This document shows positions 40,338 through 52,223 of a stretch of 64,000 bases of DNA, piece after piece. The notes under the pieces were generated by a model. It made no database searches. It worked only from the letters and a program-made list of their open reading frames with translations, and had not been told where the DNA came from. This DNA is from Octopus sinensis. Lineage: Eukaryota. The number at the start of each line of letters is the position of its first letter. Position 1 is the first letter of the stretch. The stretch is taken from assembly GCF_006345805.1 (NCBI RefSeq), contig NC_043004.1, forward strand, positions 69,688,001 to 69,752,000. The letters run 5' to 3'. The translations under genes were made by a program, and so were the position numbers.

Positions 40338-40408
40338 ATATATTCATATATATGTGTGTGTATATTTATATGTATGTGTGTGTGTATATACATATGTATG
40401 TGTGTATG

Positions 40409-40454
<46 letters not shown>

Positions 40455-41041
40455 CACACACACACTCTTGGAGTGGTTGGCGTTAGGATAGGGCATCCAG
40501 CTGTAGAAACTCTGCCAGATCAAGATTGGAGCCTGGTGCAGCCATCTGGTTCACCAGTCCTCAGTCAAAATCGTCCAACCCATGCTAGCATGGAAAGCGG
40601 ACGTTAAACGATGATGATGATATATATATATATATATATATAACAAAATCAGCTACTGTTTATACAGAAGCAATATAATAATAATAATGGTTTCAAATTT
40701 TGCCACAAGGGCAGCCATTTTCGGGGAGGGGATGAGTCGATTACATGGACCCCAGTGTTTTACTAGTAGTTAATTTATTGACCCCGAAAGGATGAAAGAC
40801 AAAATCGACGTCGGCAGGATTTGAACTCAGAATGTAGCAACAGGTGAAATACCATTAAACATTTTGCCCAGCATGCTAACAATTCTGCCGGTTCACCACC
40901 TTATTATAATAATAATAATAATTGTGTCTTCATTGCCCAAAAGGGGCAAACACAAAACAAATAGGGATAATACAAAACTGGGGACATGTGAGGTTTGACA
41001 CAAAACTTGAGTAAACAATAAAATAATAGTGAGAATTAACC

Positions 41042-41757
41042 ATACAATTAAACAATAAAATTTCCCAAAAGGAGCAAGTTCTTCACAGAGACAACTGAGG
41101 AACCCCACGCAATCTGGTTATCCTGACCACCAGATGCACCTCAGCAGGCGCCTCCCTCCTTTTCAACTCCTCCGGTTTACAAATGAAAGTTCAGAGTAGG
41201 CGCAGGAGTGGCTGTGGTAAATAGCTTGTTTACCAACCACATGGTACCGGGTTCAGTCCCACTGCGTGGCACCTTGGGCAAGTGTCTTCTACTATAGCCT
41301 CGGGCTGACCAAAGCCTTGTGAGTGGATTTGGTAGATGGAAACTGAAAGAAGCCCGTCATATATATGTATATATATATGTATGCGTGTGTGTGTTTGTGT
41401 GTCTGTGTTTGTCCCCCTAGCATTGCTTGACAACCAATGCTGGTGTGTTTATATCCCCGTTACTTAGCGGTTCAGCAAAAGAGACCGATAGAATAAGTAC
41501 TGGGCTTACAAAAGAATAAGTCCCGGGGTCGAGTTGCTCGATTAAAGGCGGTGCTCCAGCATGGCCGCAGTCAAATGACTGAAACAATTAAATTATCAAT
41601 ACAATTAAACAATAAAATTTCCCAAAAGGAACAAATTCTTCACAGGGACAACTGAGGAACCCCATGCATTCTGGTTATCCTGACCACCAGATGCACCTCA
41701 GCAGGTGCCTCCCTCCTTTTCAACTCCTCCGGTTTACAAATGAAAGTTCAGAGTAGG
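41042..41757 (+). repeat. 159-bp direct repeat pair (41042-41200 and 41599-41757) flanking a SINE
   Basis: Six mismatches in 159 bp by manual comparison. Confidence 0.92.
41199..41591 (+). mobile_element. SINE family A flanked by a 159-bp direct repeat
   Basis: Near-consensus sequence; flanks 41042-41200 and 41599-41757 are direct copies. Confidence 0.9.
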
Positions 41758-42894
41758 CCCATTTACATGGGCCATCCTCACCACATTCAACCACCTTTCA
41801 ACAAATTGATGAGGTTCAAATGGCAACGAAAGGGCTCTGATTAGTCAAATGATTAATCAAGCAATCGATTAGTTAATCAGTTACCTAGCTGGGTACCAAT
41901 AATAATTTCTAAATTTTGGCTCAAGGCCAGCAATTTTGAGGGGTGGGGCAAGTTGACTACATTGACCTCAGTGCTCAACTGATACCTATTTTTTCGACTC
42001 TGAAAGGATGAATAGCAAAGTTGAGCTTGGCAGAATTTGAACTCAACACACACACACACACAACCCCACCTCTCTGTGATCAATAGATTAGGTAGCTAAA
42101 TAGATTTTAGATATGTTAAAATAGAAACCTCTCTATGACACCAAGTTTTAATGCATTTATCACTGCATTTACATTTACCATCTGTGCCACTGCTATTGTA
42201 TGCTTTGAACATATTGCTCTCCCCCCTCCCTTTTATTATGAGTGACAAAGCGAGAGAGAGAGAAAGAGGAGGCGGGGAGCAGAGGAGAATTTGCATTAAT
42301 AATTGTGAAACTAATTTGAATGTAATTATTGTTTTAATTTCCACTAACAATAAAAATTAAACAGCTTGCTACAATAATTTTCTTTTCTTTATTTTATTTA
42401 TTTATTTAATTTTTTTTTTTTTACGCAAATTTGCAACAGGTCCTGCCAATTCTATTCATTGCTCATTCAATCTGTTGTAGAGCAAGGTACATTTCTGCAG
42501 TGTCAGTTTACTGTTGTAGTTCTATGTGAAAAAAAAAAAAACCCCAGGCAGATTGAGAAATTATTCAGAAGATTGCATGAAACTATATATTAATAAAATT
42601 TGTCTTGTTGTTGTCTCATGCTTGTGAATGCGTACATACGATTCAGAGCTTAGCAGAGAGGGCAACACAAATTGTTACAGTTGAGTTATCCAATGAGAAA
42701 AAACAAAAAAAATAGGCAGGGAAAAAAAAGGATGAAGGATGTTTTGATCCTAATAATAGCATCTCGATTTTCTTAAAATGAACCCAAGCTTAGAGATATA
42801 AACCAACTAAAAACTATTTGCATGGATAGAGATAAGTTAAATACTGGATGTAAAATGTTGATTATCATTATATGTATGTGAGTGCATTTATGTA

Positions 42895-43774
42895 CAAGGT
42901 CTGATCTGTAAGTATCTAGACTGTTGCCATAACAACAAGCTAAAGCACACAGAGTGAAGCCACTTGGCACAAGTGACCTTGAACTCTGTTGTGCATGCAC
43001 ACTAAGTTTTAATGTTCTAGCTCACTTCCTCAGTTTACAGCAGTGCTTGGAAGGAAGGTGTGTAGCGTGTGATCATCGCGTTGACCATGACAGAGAAAGT
43101 TGTCATGGCAATACCTGCTCAGAGGCTTACGTAAAGTTGCAGAAAGAGTATGGTGAGGAGTGTATGAGCCTCACACAAGGGTATGAATAGTTCAGACATT
43201 TCCAAGATGGCTGAAAAAACGTCAACATTGACGAACATTCTGCGAGACCTACAACCAGCAGATCTGAGAAAAGCATCACAGATGCGCATGCAGCTGGGAG
43301 GGGAAATTGCCAAATCATGAATGAGTTATCAGAGGGTGTGCAGATTAGTTACAGTTCAGTTCAGTTTGTTATCACTGAAGATTTGGGTATGAGACACATG
43401 TCTTCCAATTTTGTGCCAAAACTGCTTTCAGCTGACCAAAAGGACACTTGGGTTTCAGTTGCACAAGATCTTGGTTGTGTCGAGAACGGTGAAAACTTTT
43501 TGAGAACTTTGCATAGGCCTCTGAGCAGGTATCTCCAAGCTTTTGGCAAAATTTGATGGAGATTCTCTGCTCATCTTTCTCTCTCACGGTCAATGTGATG
43601 ATCACACACTACACACGTTCCTGCCAAGCTCTGCTGTAAACAGTGGAAGTGAGCTGGGATGTCAAAACTTAGTGCGCATGTTCAGCAGAGTTCAAGGTTA
43701 ATCTGTACGAAGCAGCTTCACTCTTTAGCTTTGTTACTATAGCAACAGTCCGGATACTTATTGATCAGACCACG
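42895..43774 (+). mobile_element. Non-autonomous mariner derivative with two inverted 5' arms (copy 1)
   Basis: TA-flanked TIRs (caaggtctgatctgtaagtatctagactgttgcc and gcaacagtccggatacttattgatcagaccacg). Internal transposase N-terminal relic (SEAYVKLQKEYGEECMS...EDLGMRHMSSNFVPKLLS). Arms at about 42895-43139 and 43506-43774 are inverted. Confidence 0.9.
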
Positions 43775-43808
<34 letters not shown>

Positions 43809-44188
43809 ATATATATTTCACGTGATCATGTAACCGATCAGACTATTGGATGTTATACATCGCTGGTCACAATGTGCTTTGTATTGTCTTTGCTTTCAAA
43901 TGATGCCACTCCATTAGCCAGGTGAGGAAGCCAACATTCCTCAATCAGAAAGCTAGTCCATCGCAGAGTCGGTGATTTACAACTGATTGGACTGGAACAA
44001 CACTAAATGAAGTGTTTTGCTCAAACAAATAACATACTGCTTGATCTAGGAGTTGAACCCATGCTCTAGCAATTATGAATGCAACACCGTAACCATTAGG
44101 CCATTCATCTTTACATGTATGTATGTATTTATATGTATATATACATGAGTGTATAAACTGGTAGTAGTTGCTCTTCTGTCTGGGAATT

Positions 44189-44584
44189 GTTCTCTTTTTT
44201 TTACTCTTTTACTTGTTTCAGTCATTTGACTGCAGCCATGCTGGAGCACCACCTTTAGTCGAGCAAATCGACCCCGGGACTTATTCTTTGTAAGCCCAGT
44301 ACTTATTCTATCGGTCTCTTTTGCCGAACCGCTAAGTGACGGGGACGTAAACACACCAGCATCGGTTGTCGAGCAATGCTAGGGGGACAAACACAAACAC
44401 ACACACACATACATATATATACATATATACGACGGGCTTCTTTCAGTTTCCGTCTACCAAATCCACTCACAAGGCATTGGTCGGCCCGGGGCTATAGCAG
44501 AAGACACTTGCCCAAGATGCCACACAGTGGGACTGAACCCGGAACCATGTGGTTGGTTAGCAAGCTACTTACCACACAGCCACT
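44189..44584 (-). mobile_element. SINE family A (young)
   Basis: Reverse complement of the consensus. Confidence 0.9.
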
Positions 44585-44986
44585 CGAATCCAAAATATGT
44601 ATGTGTGTGTATTCATATGTGTGTGTGTGTGTAACAATGAACACATACAAAACAAAAGCAAGTATTTCTTTTTGTTGAACAAGTTTTGACAAATGTCGTA
44701 TTGGTTTAACACTTCAGAAAAAATGCAAAGAGTTTTGACGTTTCAGACACTAGTCCTTCATCAAAAAGATAAAGAAAAATAGAGGAGAAGAATATGAGAA
44801 AAATTGATTGAAGGAAGAAAAAAATAGGTTTTTTTTTACCATCCTTTCCAGTTTATCTGTTTCAGGATATTTTTCTTTTCTTTTTTTTATTAAGAATTTA
44901 ACAGAAGGGGTACAATTTTTTCTTAGATTTTCTTTGATATGTATATATATATATATATATATTTGATGCAGATATATATGTTTTAA

Positions 44987-45244
<258 letters not shown>

Positions 45245-45282
45245 TGATATTTATTAAAAGAGTAGAGCGGTGGGGTTTCTGT

Positions 45283-45615
45283 AGTGATGGTGACAGTGGT
45301 GGTGGTGGTGGTGGTGGTGTTGATGGTAGTACTGGTAGTGATAGCAGTGGTGGTGGTTACTGGGTGGTGATAGTGGTGCTGGTGGTTCCTGTGGTTATAA
45401 CAGTAGCAGTGCTTTTTGTTGTTGTTGTTGTTATGGTGGTGATGGCGGAAGTTTCTGTGATGTCAGGTTAGTGATAGGGCTGGTGGTATGTTACAGTGCT
45501 CAGTGGTTGCAGTGGTGGTGGTGGTGCTAGTAGTATTAGCAGTAGTGGAATCAGTGGAGATGATGGTAATAGCGGTGGTGGTGGTGGCAGCTGCAGAGGA
45601 GGAGGAGGAGGATAG
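45283..45615 (+). repeat. (GGT)n-rich low-complexity tract just downstream of a GRK donor site
   Basis: ggtggtggt arrays interspersed with agt/gat. Confidence 0.85.
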
Positions 45616-47007
45616 GTGAACCTCAAGAATATTTACCGTTTCAAATTGTCTGTTCTGCAGGGATTATGTAAGAAGCAATAAACTTGCGTGTGTGTGTGTA
45701 TGTGGTTGTGAAGCTATGTGCGTTTGCCTGTGGTTTTGTGTGTATATAATGTATGTAGAGTGCCAGTAAAGTCTAATCTGTACATGTGTGCGTTGGTGTG
45801 TGACACTTATTACATATGTCAAGCTACACCTCACTGCACACACACACACATATACACACACTTATACACACACACACATATACACACACTTATACACACA
45901 CACACATGCCCACACATACATGCACACAAGCACATGTATATACACGAAAGTTAAATGATGATACATATATCTACATATAAAAGGCATGTATGTGCACACA
46001 CACGCGCGCGCGTATATACACAGATGCTAAATAATGATGGTACATATATACACATAAGCGCATATAAATACATGTATGTGGCTATATGTATACACACACA
46101 CATGCACACATATATTTATATATACATATACTGATACATACACACACAAACACATGTACCTACATAACACATGCACGCTGTCTCAGAATATGTTGATAAT
46201 GTGATTAAATGAAAGTCAGAAGTTATCAGGGAAGCAGAGAAAATAATAAATTTCTCATTTATTGCATTGCTGTAAAAATACATGAAACATCAAAACATAC
46301 AGTTTTTGTAGAAATCAATAACAGTCCAAACATGGCTCTTCCCCTCTTAGCAGCTACTTCTGGGGTGAAGGACACAGAGTTTGTAGCGCCTTGTTGCTCT
46401 ATCACCAAATATAGTTTATTGCCAAGAAACAGTGGGTCATAAAATGGAGAATTTGATCATGCAGTTAAGCACACAGAAATACACACACACACACACACAC
46501 ACTAACATGCATTTCTCTGTGTGTTTATGTATGTATGTGGGGTAGTTATGTATGTATATATGATCTTTAATATATAGCATTATATGTCCATCATGGCTGA
46601 TCTTACCAACTGGTTTTGCACAAGGAATACACTGGAGTGTTAGGTAACAATCTGATTATATAACCTTACACTCATCAGAGTTAGCTGATATGGAAAGGAA
46701 TGTCGCCATATTCCCATCCATATCAGCTAACTCTGATGAGCATAAGGTTATATATTCGGATTGTTACCTAACACTCCAGTGTATTCCTTGTGCAAAACCA
46801 ATTGGTAAGATCAGCCCTGATGGATGTATAATGTTATATATTTCAGATAATATACCCACTCTATTGACATATATACGAGTGCATCTTTTCCCTGACTTAT
46901 GGTCTCTTAGACAAAGCATGCATGTACATATATATATAACATCATCATCGTCATTTAGTGTACATGTTCCATGCTGGCATGGGTTGGCCAGTTTAACAGG
47001 AACCAAT

Positions 47008-47819
47008 GTGTCTCTTGAACTCTGCTGTGCCTGTGCACTAAGTTTTGACATCCCAGCTCATTTCCATTGTTTACAGAAGTGTTTGGCAGGAACATGTGTA
47101 GTGTGTGATCATTGCATTGACCATGAGAGAGAATAATTAGCAGAGAATCTCCATCAAATTTTGCCAAAAGCTTGGAGATACCTGCTCAGAGGCCTACGCA
47201 AAGTTCTCAAAAAGTTTTCATCATTCTTGACACAATCAAAGAGATCTTGTGCAACTGAAACCCAAGTGTCTTTTTGGTCAACTGAAAGCAGTTTTGGCAC
47301 AAAATTGCAGACATGCGTCTCATACCCAAATCTTCAGTGATGATGGACTGAACTGAACCGTAACTAATCTGCACATCCTCGGATAACTCACGGATGGTGA
47401 ATCGACGATTTCTCCTCACAGCTCCATGCACATCTGTGATATTTTTCTCAGTTCTACTGGTTGTAGATTTCCCAGAACATTCATCAATATCAATATTTTT
47501 CGGCCATCTTGGAAATGTCTGAACCACTCATACAATTGTGTGCAGCTCATACCCTCCTCACCATACACTCTCTGCAACTTTGTGTAGGCCTCTGAGAGGG
47601 TATTGCCATGACAACTTTCCCTGTCATAGTCAATGCAACCATTACACACTACACACCTTCCTTCCAAGCACTGCTGTTAACAGCAGAAGTGGGCTAGAAC
47701 ATTAAAACTTAGTGTGCATGCACGGCAGAGTTCAAGGTCACTTGTGCCAAGTGGCTTCACTCTGTGTGCTTTAGCTTGTTGCTATGGCAACATTCTGGAT
47801 ACTTACTGATCAGACCTCA
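47008..47819 (-). mobile_element. Non-autonomous mariner derivative with two inverted 5' arms (copy 2, opposite orientation, left TIR lost)
   Basis: Same internal junction and transposase relic as copy 1, on the - strand. The right TIR ends cagacctca|ta. Confidence 0.88.
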
Positions 47820-48138
47820 TACATACATATATACATGCACTCCCATATACATGTATAATAGGTTTTAGTTAGAAACATAGTAACAGTGACTTTGAATACA
47901 ATTTCAAATATAGGGTAAGCAATTACTGATAAAAGTATGATGATAGTTGAAATGGTCAGTTAGGCAATCCTCCTTTTCTTGTCCCACTTGTAATTGTGTA
48001 TACATGACAGGCATTTGTAACCGTCTTACCTGTATCTACCTCTGCTGCCTATCTATTTATCCATTGTTCATTTTATCATAGTTTTAGGATTTTGATCAAT
48101 GAGACTTCACAGGTTGACTGTTATATTTTTATTGACAA

Positions 48139-48638
48139 CTAGCAGTATCGCCCGGCGTTGCTCGGGTTTGTAAGGGAAATAACTATATAAGCATTTTTAG
48201 AGAGTTATAGCCAAAAAATAGCAAAAAATGCATTAAAAATGGGGAAAAAATGATGGTAAATTTTTTTTTAAATCGTTGACTCATCGTAGACATTTTTAGA
48301 GAGTTACTTCCCTTATATAATAGCGAAAAAAAAGCATTAAAATGGGAAAAAATGATGGTAAATTTTTTTAAAAATCGTTGACTCATCGTAGACATTTTTA
48401 GAGAGTTACTTCCCTTATATAATAGCGAAAAAAATGCATTAAAATGGGAAAAAATGATGGTAAATTTTTTTTTAAATCGTAGACTCATTGTAGACGCGCG
48501 CTAATACCCAGAAGGGCTCGATATGAATCACGACTATAACATACCCGGTTTTGGTTAAACTGCACCGCAAAATGTGGGAGTAGTTAGGAATCTAAATCAT
48601 AGGAGACAGACACACAACTTCTCTTTTATATATAAAGA
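48139..48638 (-). mobile_element. Non-autonomous Helitron, same family, with internal about 100-bp tandem array (3 units)
   Basis: The - strand reads TC...cccgagcaacgccggg...CTAG; A|T target. Units start at 48192, 48291 and 48393. Confidence 0.88.
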
Positions 48639-48651
48639 TGTTTTACATGCA

Positions 48652-48873
48652 CGATAGGGGTGCTGGAAAGTTCCTGGCTTTAAGGGTATTGGGTATTGTG
48701 AAAGGCCTGGTTGGAGACCCAACCTTCCAGGTCCTTTTACAGAGTTTAGAAAAACAAAAAGACTGTTGCAATAAATGTGTGAATCTGAAAGGAGAATGTG
48801 TTTCGTGAAATAATTAACGGTTCCTCCTGCATTTTCTTTTATCCCAAACCTGGAATTTTTCTGCAACCGCTCA
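48652..48873 (+). mobile_element. Mariner-type MITE, same family as 11069 (diverged)
   Basis: ggggtgctggaaagttcctggcttt ... aaacctggaatttttctgcaaccgctca|ta, with the same interior. Confidence 0.75.
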
Positions 48874-49038
48874 TATTTGCAATTCAAAATGGTCACCCGT
48901 AGCTTTCACCACAGCCTGTAATCTTTTCTCAACTGATTATGGGTAAATTATTATACTTAAGTAATGGGCAAATATATATGCTGCATCCCATAATGAGTTT
49001 AATTAATTTATCAATGCAGTGACAGCTAAAATCTATGG

Positions 49039-49223
49039 ATGTACTCTTATACTTGTTTCAGTCATGCTGGAGCACCACCTTTTAGTCGAGCAAATCAACC
49101 CCAGGACTTATTCTTTGTAAGCCTAGTACTTATTCTATCGGTCTCTTTTGCTGAACCGCTAAGTTACAGGGACGTAAACACACCAGCATCAGTTGTCAAG
49201 CGATGTTGGGGTGACAAACACAG

Positions 49224-49312
<89 letters not shown>

Positions 49313-49465
49313 TACGACGGGCTTCTTTCAGTTTCCATCTACCAAATCCACTCACAAGGCTTTGGTCGGCCCAAGGCTATAGTAGAAGACACTTGCCCAA
49401 GGTGCCATGCAGTGGGACTGAACCAGGAACAATGTGGTTCGTAAGCAAGCTCTTACCACACAGCC
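49039..49465 (-). mobile_element. SINE family A with internal (CA)n
   Basis: Reverse complement of the consensus with a small deletion in the tail. Confidence 0.88.
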
Positions 49466-51776
49466 AGTCCAAGAATCATGGATGCAGCTGCCCCTGTATC
49501 TTTATCTTCAACATCCACATAACCATTAGCAACAGACTTTCGTTTGCACTATCTCAAAGATTCTCTCCTTATATTCTTCAATATTCTTTCTTCTTTGTAC
49601 ATCCCCTGCTCCTAGTTCCATTGTGCTGATGACCATTTTCATAGAAAAGTTTTTGGTAAGATTTGGAGTTGTTAGAGTCTAAATCTTTATCTCGTGTCAC
49701 CATTTTTGCCATTGTCACCAAAGTGAGGTGGTTAGCAACACATGCAATATGGCATCCATATATTTATATATTTGTTGCTAATGTTGTCACAGGCTTTCAC
49801 TGACATTATTTTCTTTAAATAAAATAGCCCAATGTGAAACTTGAAGAAATATTACCATGCAACTTTCCTTAGCATCTGAGTCAGTTTTGTTAAGACTTTT
49901 CTTTTCTTTTTCTTATGAAGTTATTTACTTGGAATTCAACCATATGGAAATCATAAAACTCCTTGAGTCTTCAATCTTGTTCTAATTAAACAATCATTGG
50001 CTAAGCTCTAGTAACTTTTGGCAGGCCTGGAGTAAAAATAAAACAATGACAACAACACTGTTGTCGCAGAATGCTACCTTGTCTGTTAGTGCTTAGCATA
50101 GATTGTTGCCATTATGTGGTAGTAGCGAGTTTAAAGAATTTGGTGAGGATTATTTTTTCTCCTCTAAAAGACAAAGTCACATTTAAATATATAGATGTAT
50201 TACTTTTCTTTTTTTACTTAATTATTTCAAATAGCCAACATGTTTAGCATCAACCTGGCTGTCTGAGACCACCCATACTAAAAGCCTTCCTATTTTGAAG
50301 GCAGGAAAGTGCAGAGTCATTTGAGCATCAAGTGGAATGCCTTGTATCTCTTCCAACACTTTGTGCTCTGAGTTCAAACCCTGCTAACTTTGAATTTTAT
50401 CCCTTCAGGAGTCTGTAAAAAAGGGTACCATTCCTGAGTGGTGGGTTGACATAACTGTAAGAACATTGGACTTGATACCTTGAGGTATTTGCTATGGATC
50501 TGAGTTCAAATTCCACCTTGGTCTACTTGGGTGGTGATATATACTAATATACACCAGAATAAATGAAGTTACAAATACTTTACTAAATCCCTACCAAAAT
50601 CTTGATTTCATTGAAAATTAATTGAAGTCTGGTACTTATTCTATTGGTCTCTTTTGCTGAACTGCTAAAAGTTAGGGGGATGTAAACAAACCAGCACCAA
50701 TTATCAAGGTGCAGTAGTGGGTGGGGGGACAGAAAGACACACAGATAAATAGATAGATATACTGAGAAATAGATATCTACATGACAGGCTTCCTCACAGT
50801 TTCTGTCTACCAAATTCACTCACAAAGCATTGACCAGCCTAAGGTTGTAGTAGAAGACACTTGCCTAAGGTGCCATGCAGTGGGATTGAGTACATCACAA
50901 GTAGAAGTTTGTCAGCACATTATAAATATATTCACAAAAGGGTTAATTAACGCTTCCTCACCACACCCTTACATATATGTGTGTATATATATATGTATAT
51001 ATATATATATATATCTGTAAATGTAATATGTGGCGAGGATTTCCACCTTGGCATCCGAAACTCGGAGTTTTATTTTGGCTACCAAATAATTGTCACATAT
51101 TACATTTACAGATAAATTCCTCTATTTACTTAACATCGAGGTCTCTTTCTTTCTTTTGTCATCTTACCGTTTTTATCAATATATATATATATATATATTT
51201 GAGTAGTTGAGTGAATTATCTTATTAAGGATAATTCGAATTAACTGATACCTGGGTAGCAAATTCACATCAGAAAAAACACGGTTGAAGTTATGTGTCTA
51301 GGGCATAGATTACGTGCTTTCGTGTGGAAATTTGTATGTTTATTTTAAAAATATAAATATATGAAAGAATGGAGCTGAACGACGAATTAACTAAATTCCT
51401 TTATTTTTGACATATGTTTCGAAGGCTGATATATATATTCTAGGTAATGATCCCCTTCGATCATGAACGACCATGAGATTGCACATAGAAAGTTCCTCTC
51501 CGAGGCACAAGTCTGGGACAGGTTGCTTTATGAAAGACCAGCAGTTGCTCATGCATACCAGCCTCCTCTTTCCATGCCACTGATATTATCCAAGGGAAAG
51601 GCAAAGGGGCCGATACAGTTTGGCACCAGTGATGTTGCAACTTATTTCTACAGCTGAGTGAACTGGAACAGCATGAAATAAAGTGTTTTGCTCAAGAACA
51701 CAACACACAGCCTGGTCTGGAATTGAACTCACAACATCATGATTGTGAGCCTGATGCTCTAACCACTGAGCCATGC

Positions 51777-51859
<83 letters not shown>

Positions 51860-52178
51860 GCCAGTAGGTGAGTTATTTTTGTTGCGGTCCTAAGATAGGA
51901 GCCTGGAAGTGTGTGCGTCAAACTGATAAACTGATGCAGGCTGCAGAAAATATTGCTGAACTCACTTGAAATATTCTGTTCCCCCTGGTGTCTCTTTTTT
52001 TGTTTTCTTTTGTTTTTAATTGTTTGTCTTCTGTAATGGATCTCACTTGCACCAGCACCGCCGCCACCACTTGCAGCAGCAGAGTGGTTTCAGATTTAAA
52101 GAGGTGACACTTGTGACATAGTAAGGAAAATGTGATAGCATGGTAGGAGCCCGTTCGCTAACACAACTACTTATACAA

Positions 52179-52223
<45 letters not shown>

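Larger units (their letters stand above)
40904..41830 (-). mobile_element. Possible LINE 3' end with (AAT)n tail, interrupted by a SINE
   Basis: The - strand reads FVERWLNVVRMAHVNG, followed by UTR-like sequence and a short tandem tail. Clade assignment is uncertain. Confidence 0.35.

Noticed and set aside
48192-48494. Regularly spaced repeats that might suggest a CRISPR array
   Set aside because: They are head-to-tail tandem units without unique spacers, inside a Helitron in a eukaryotic intron.
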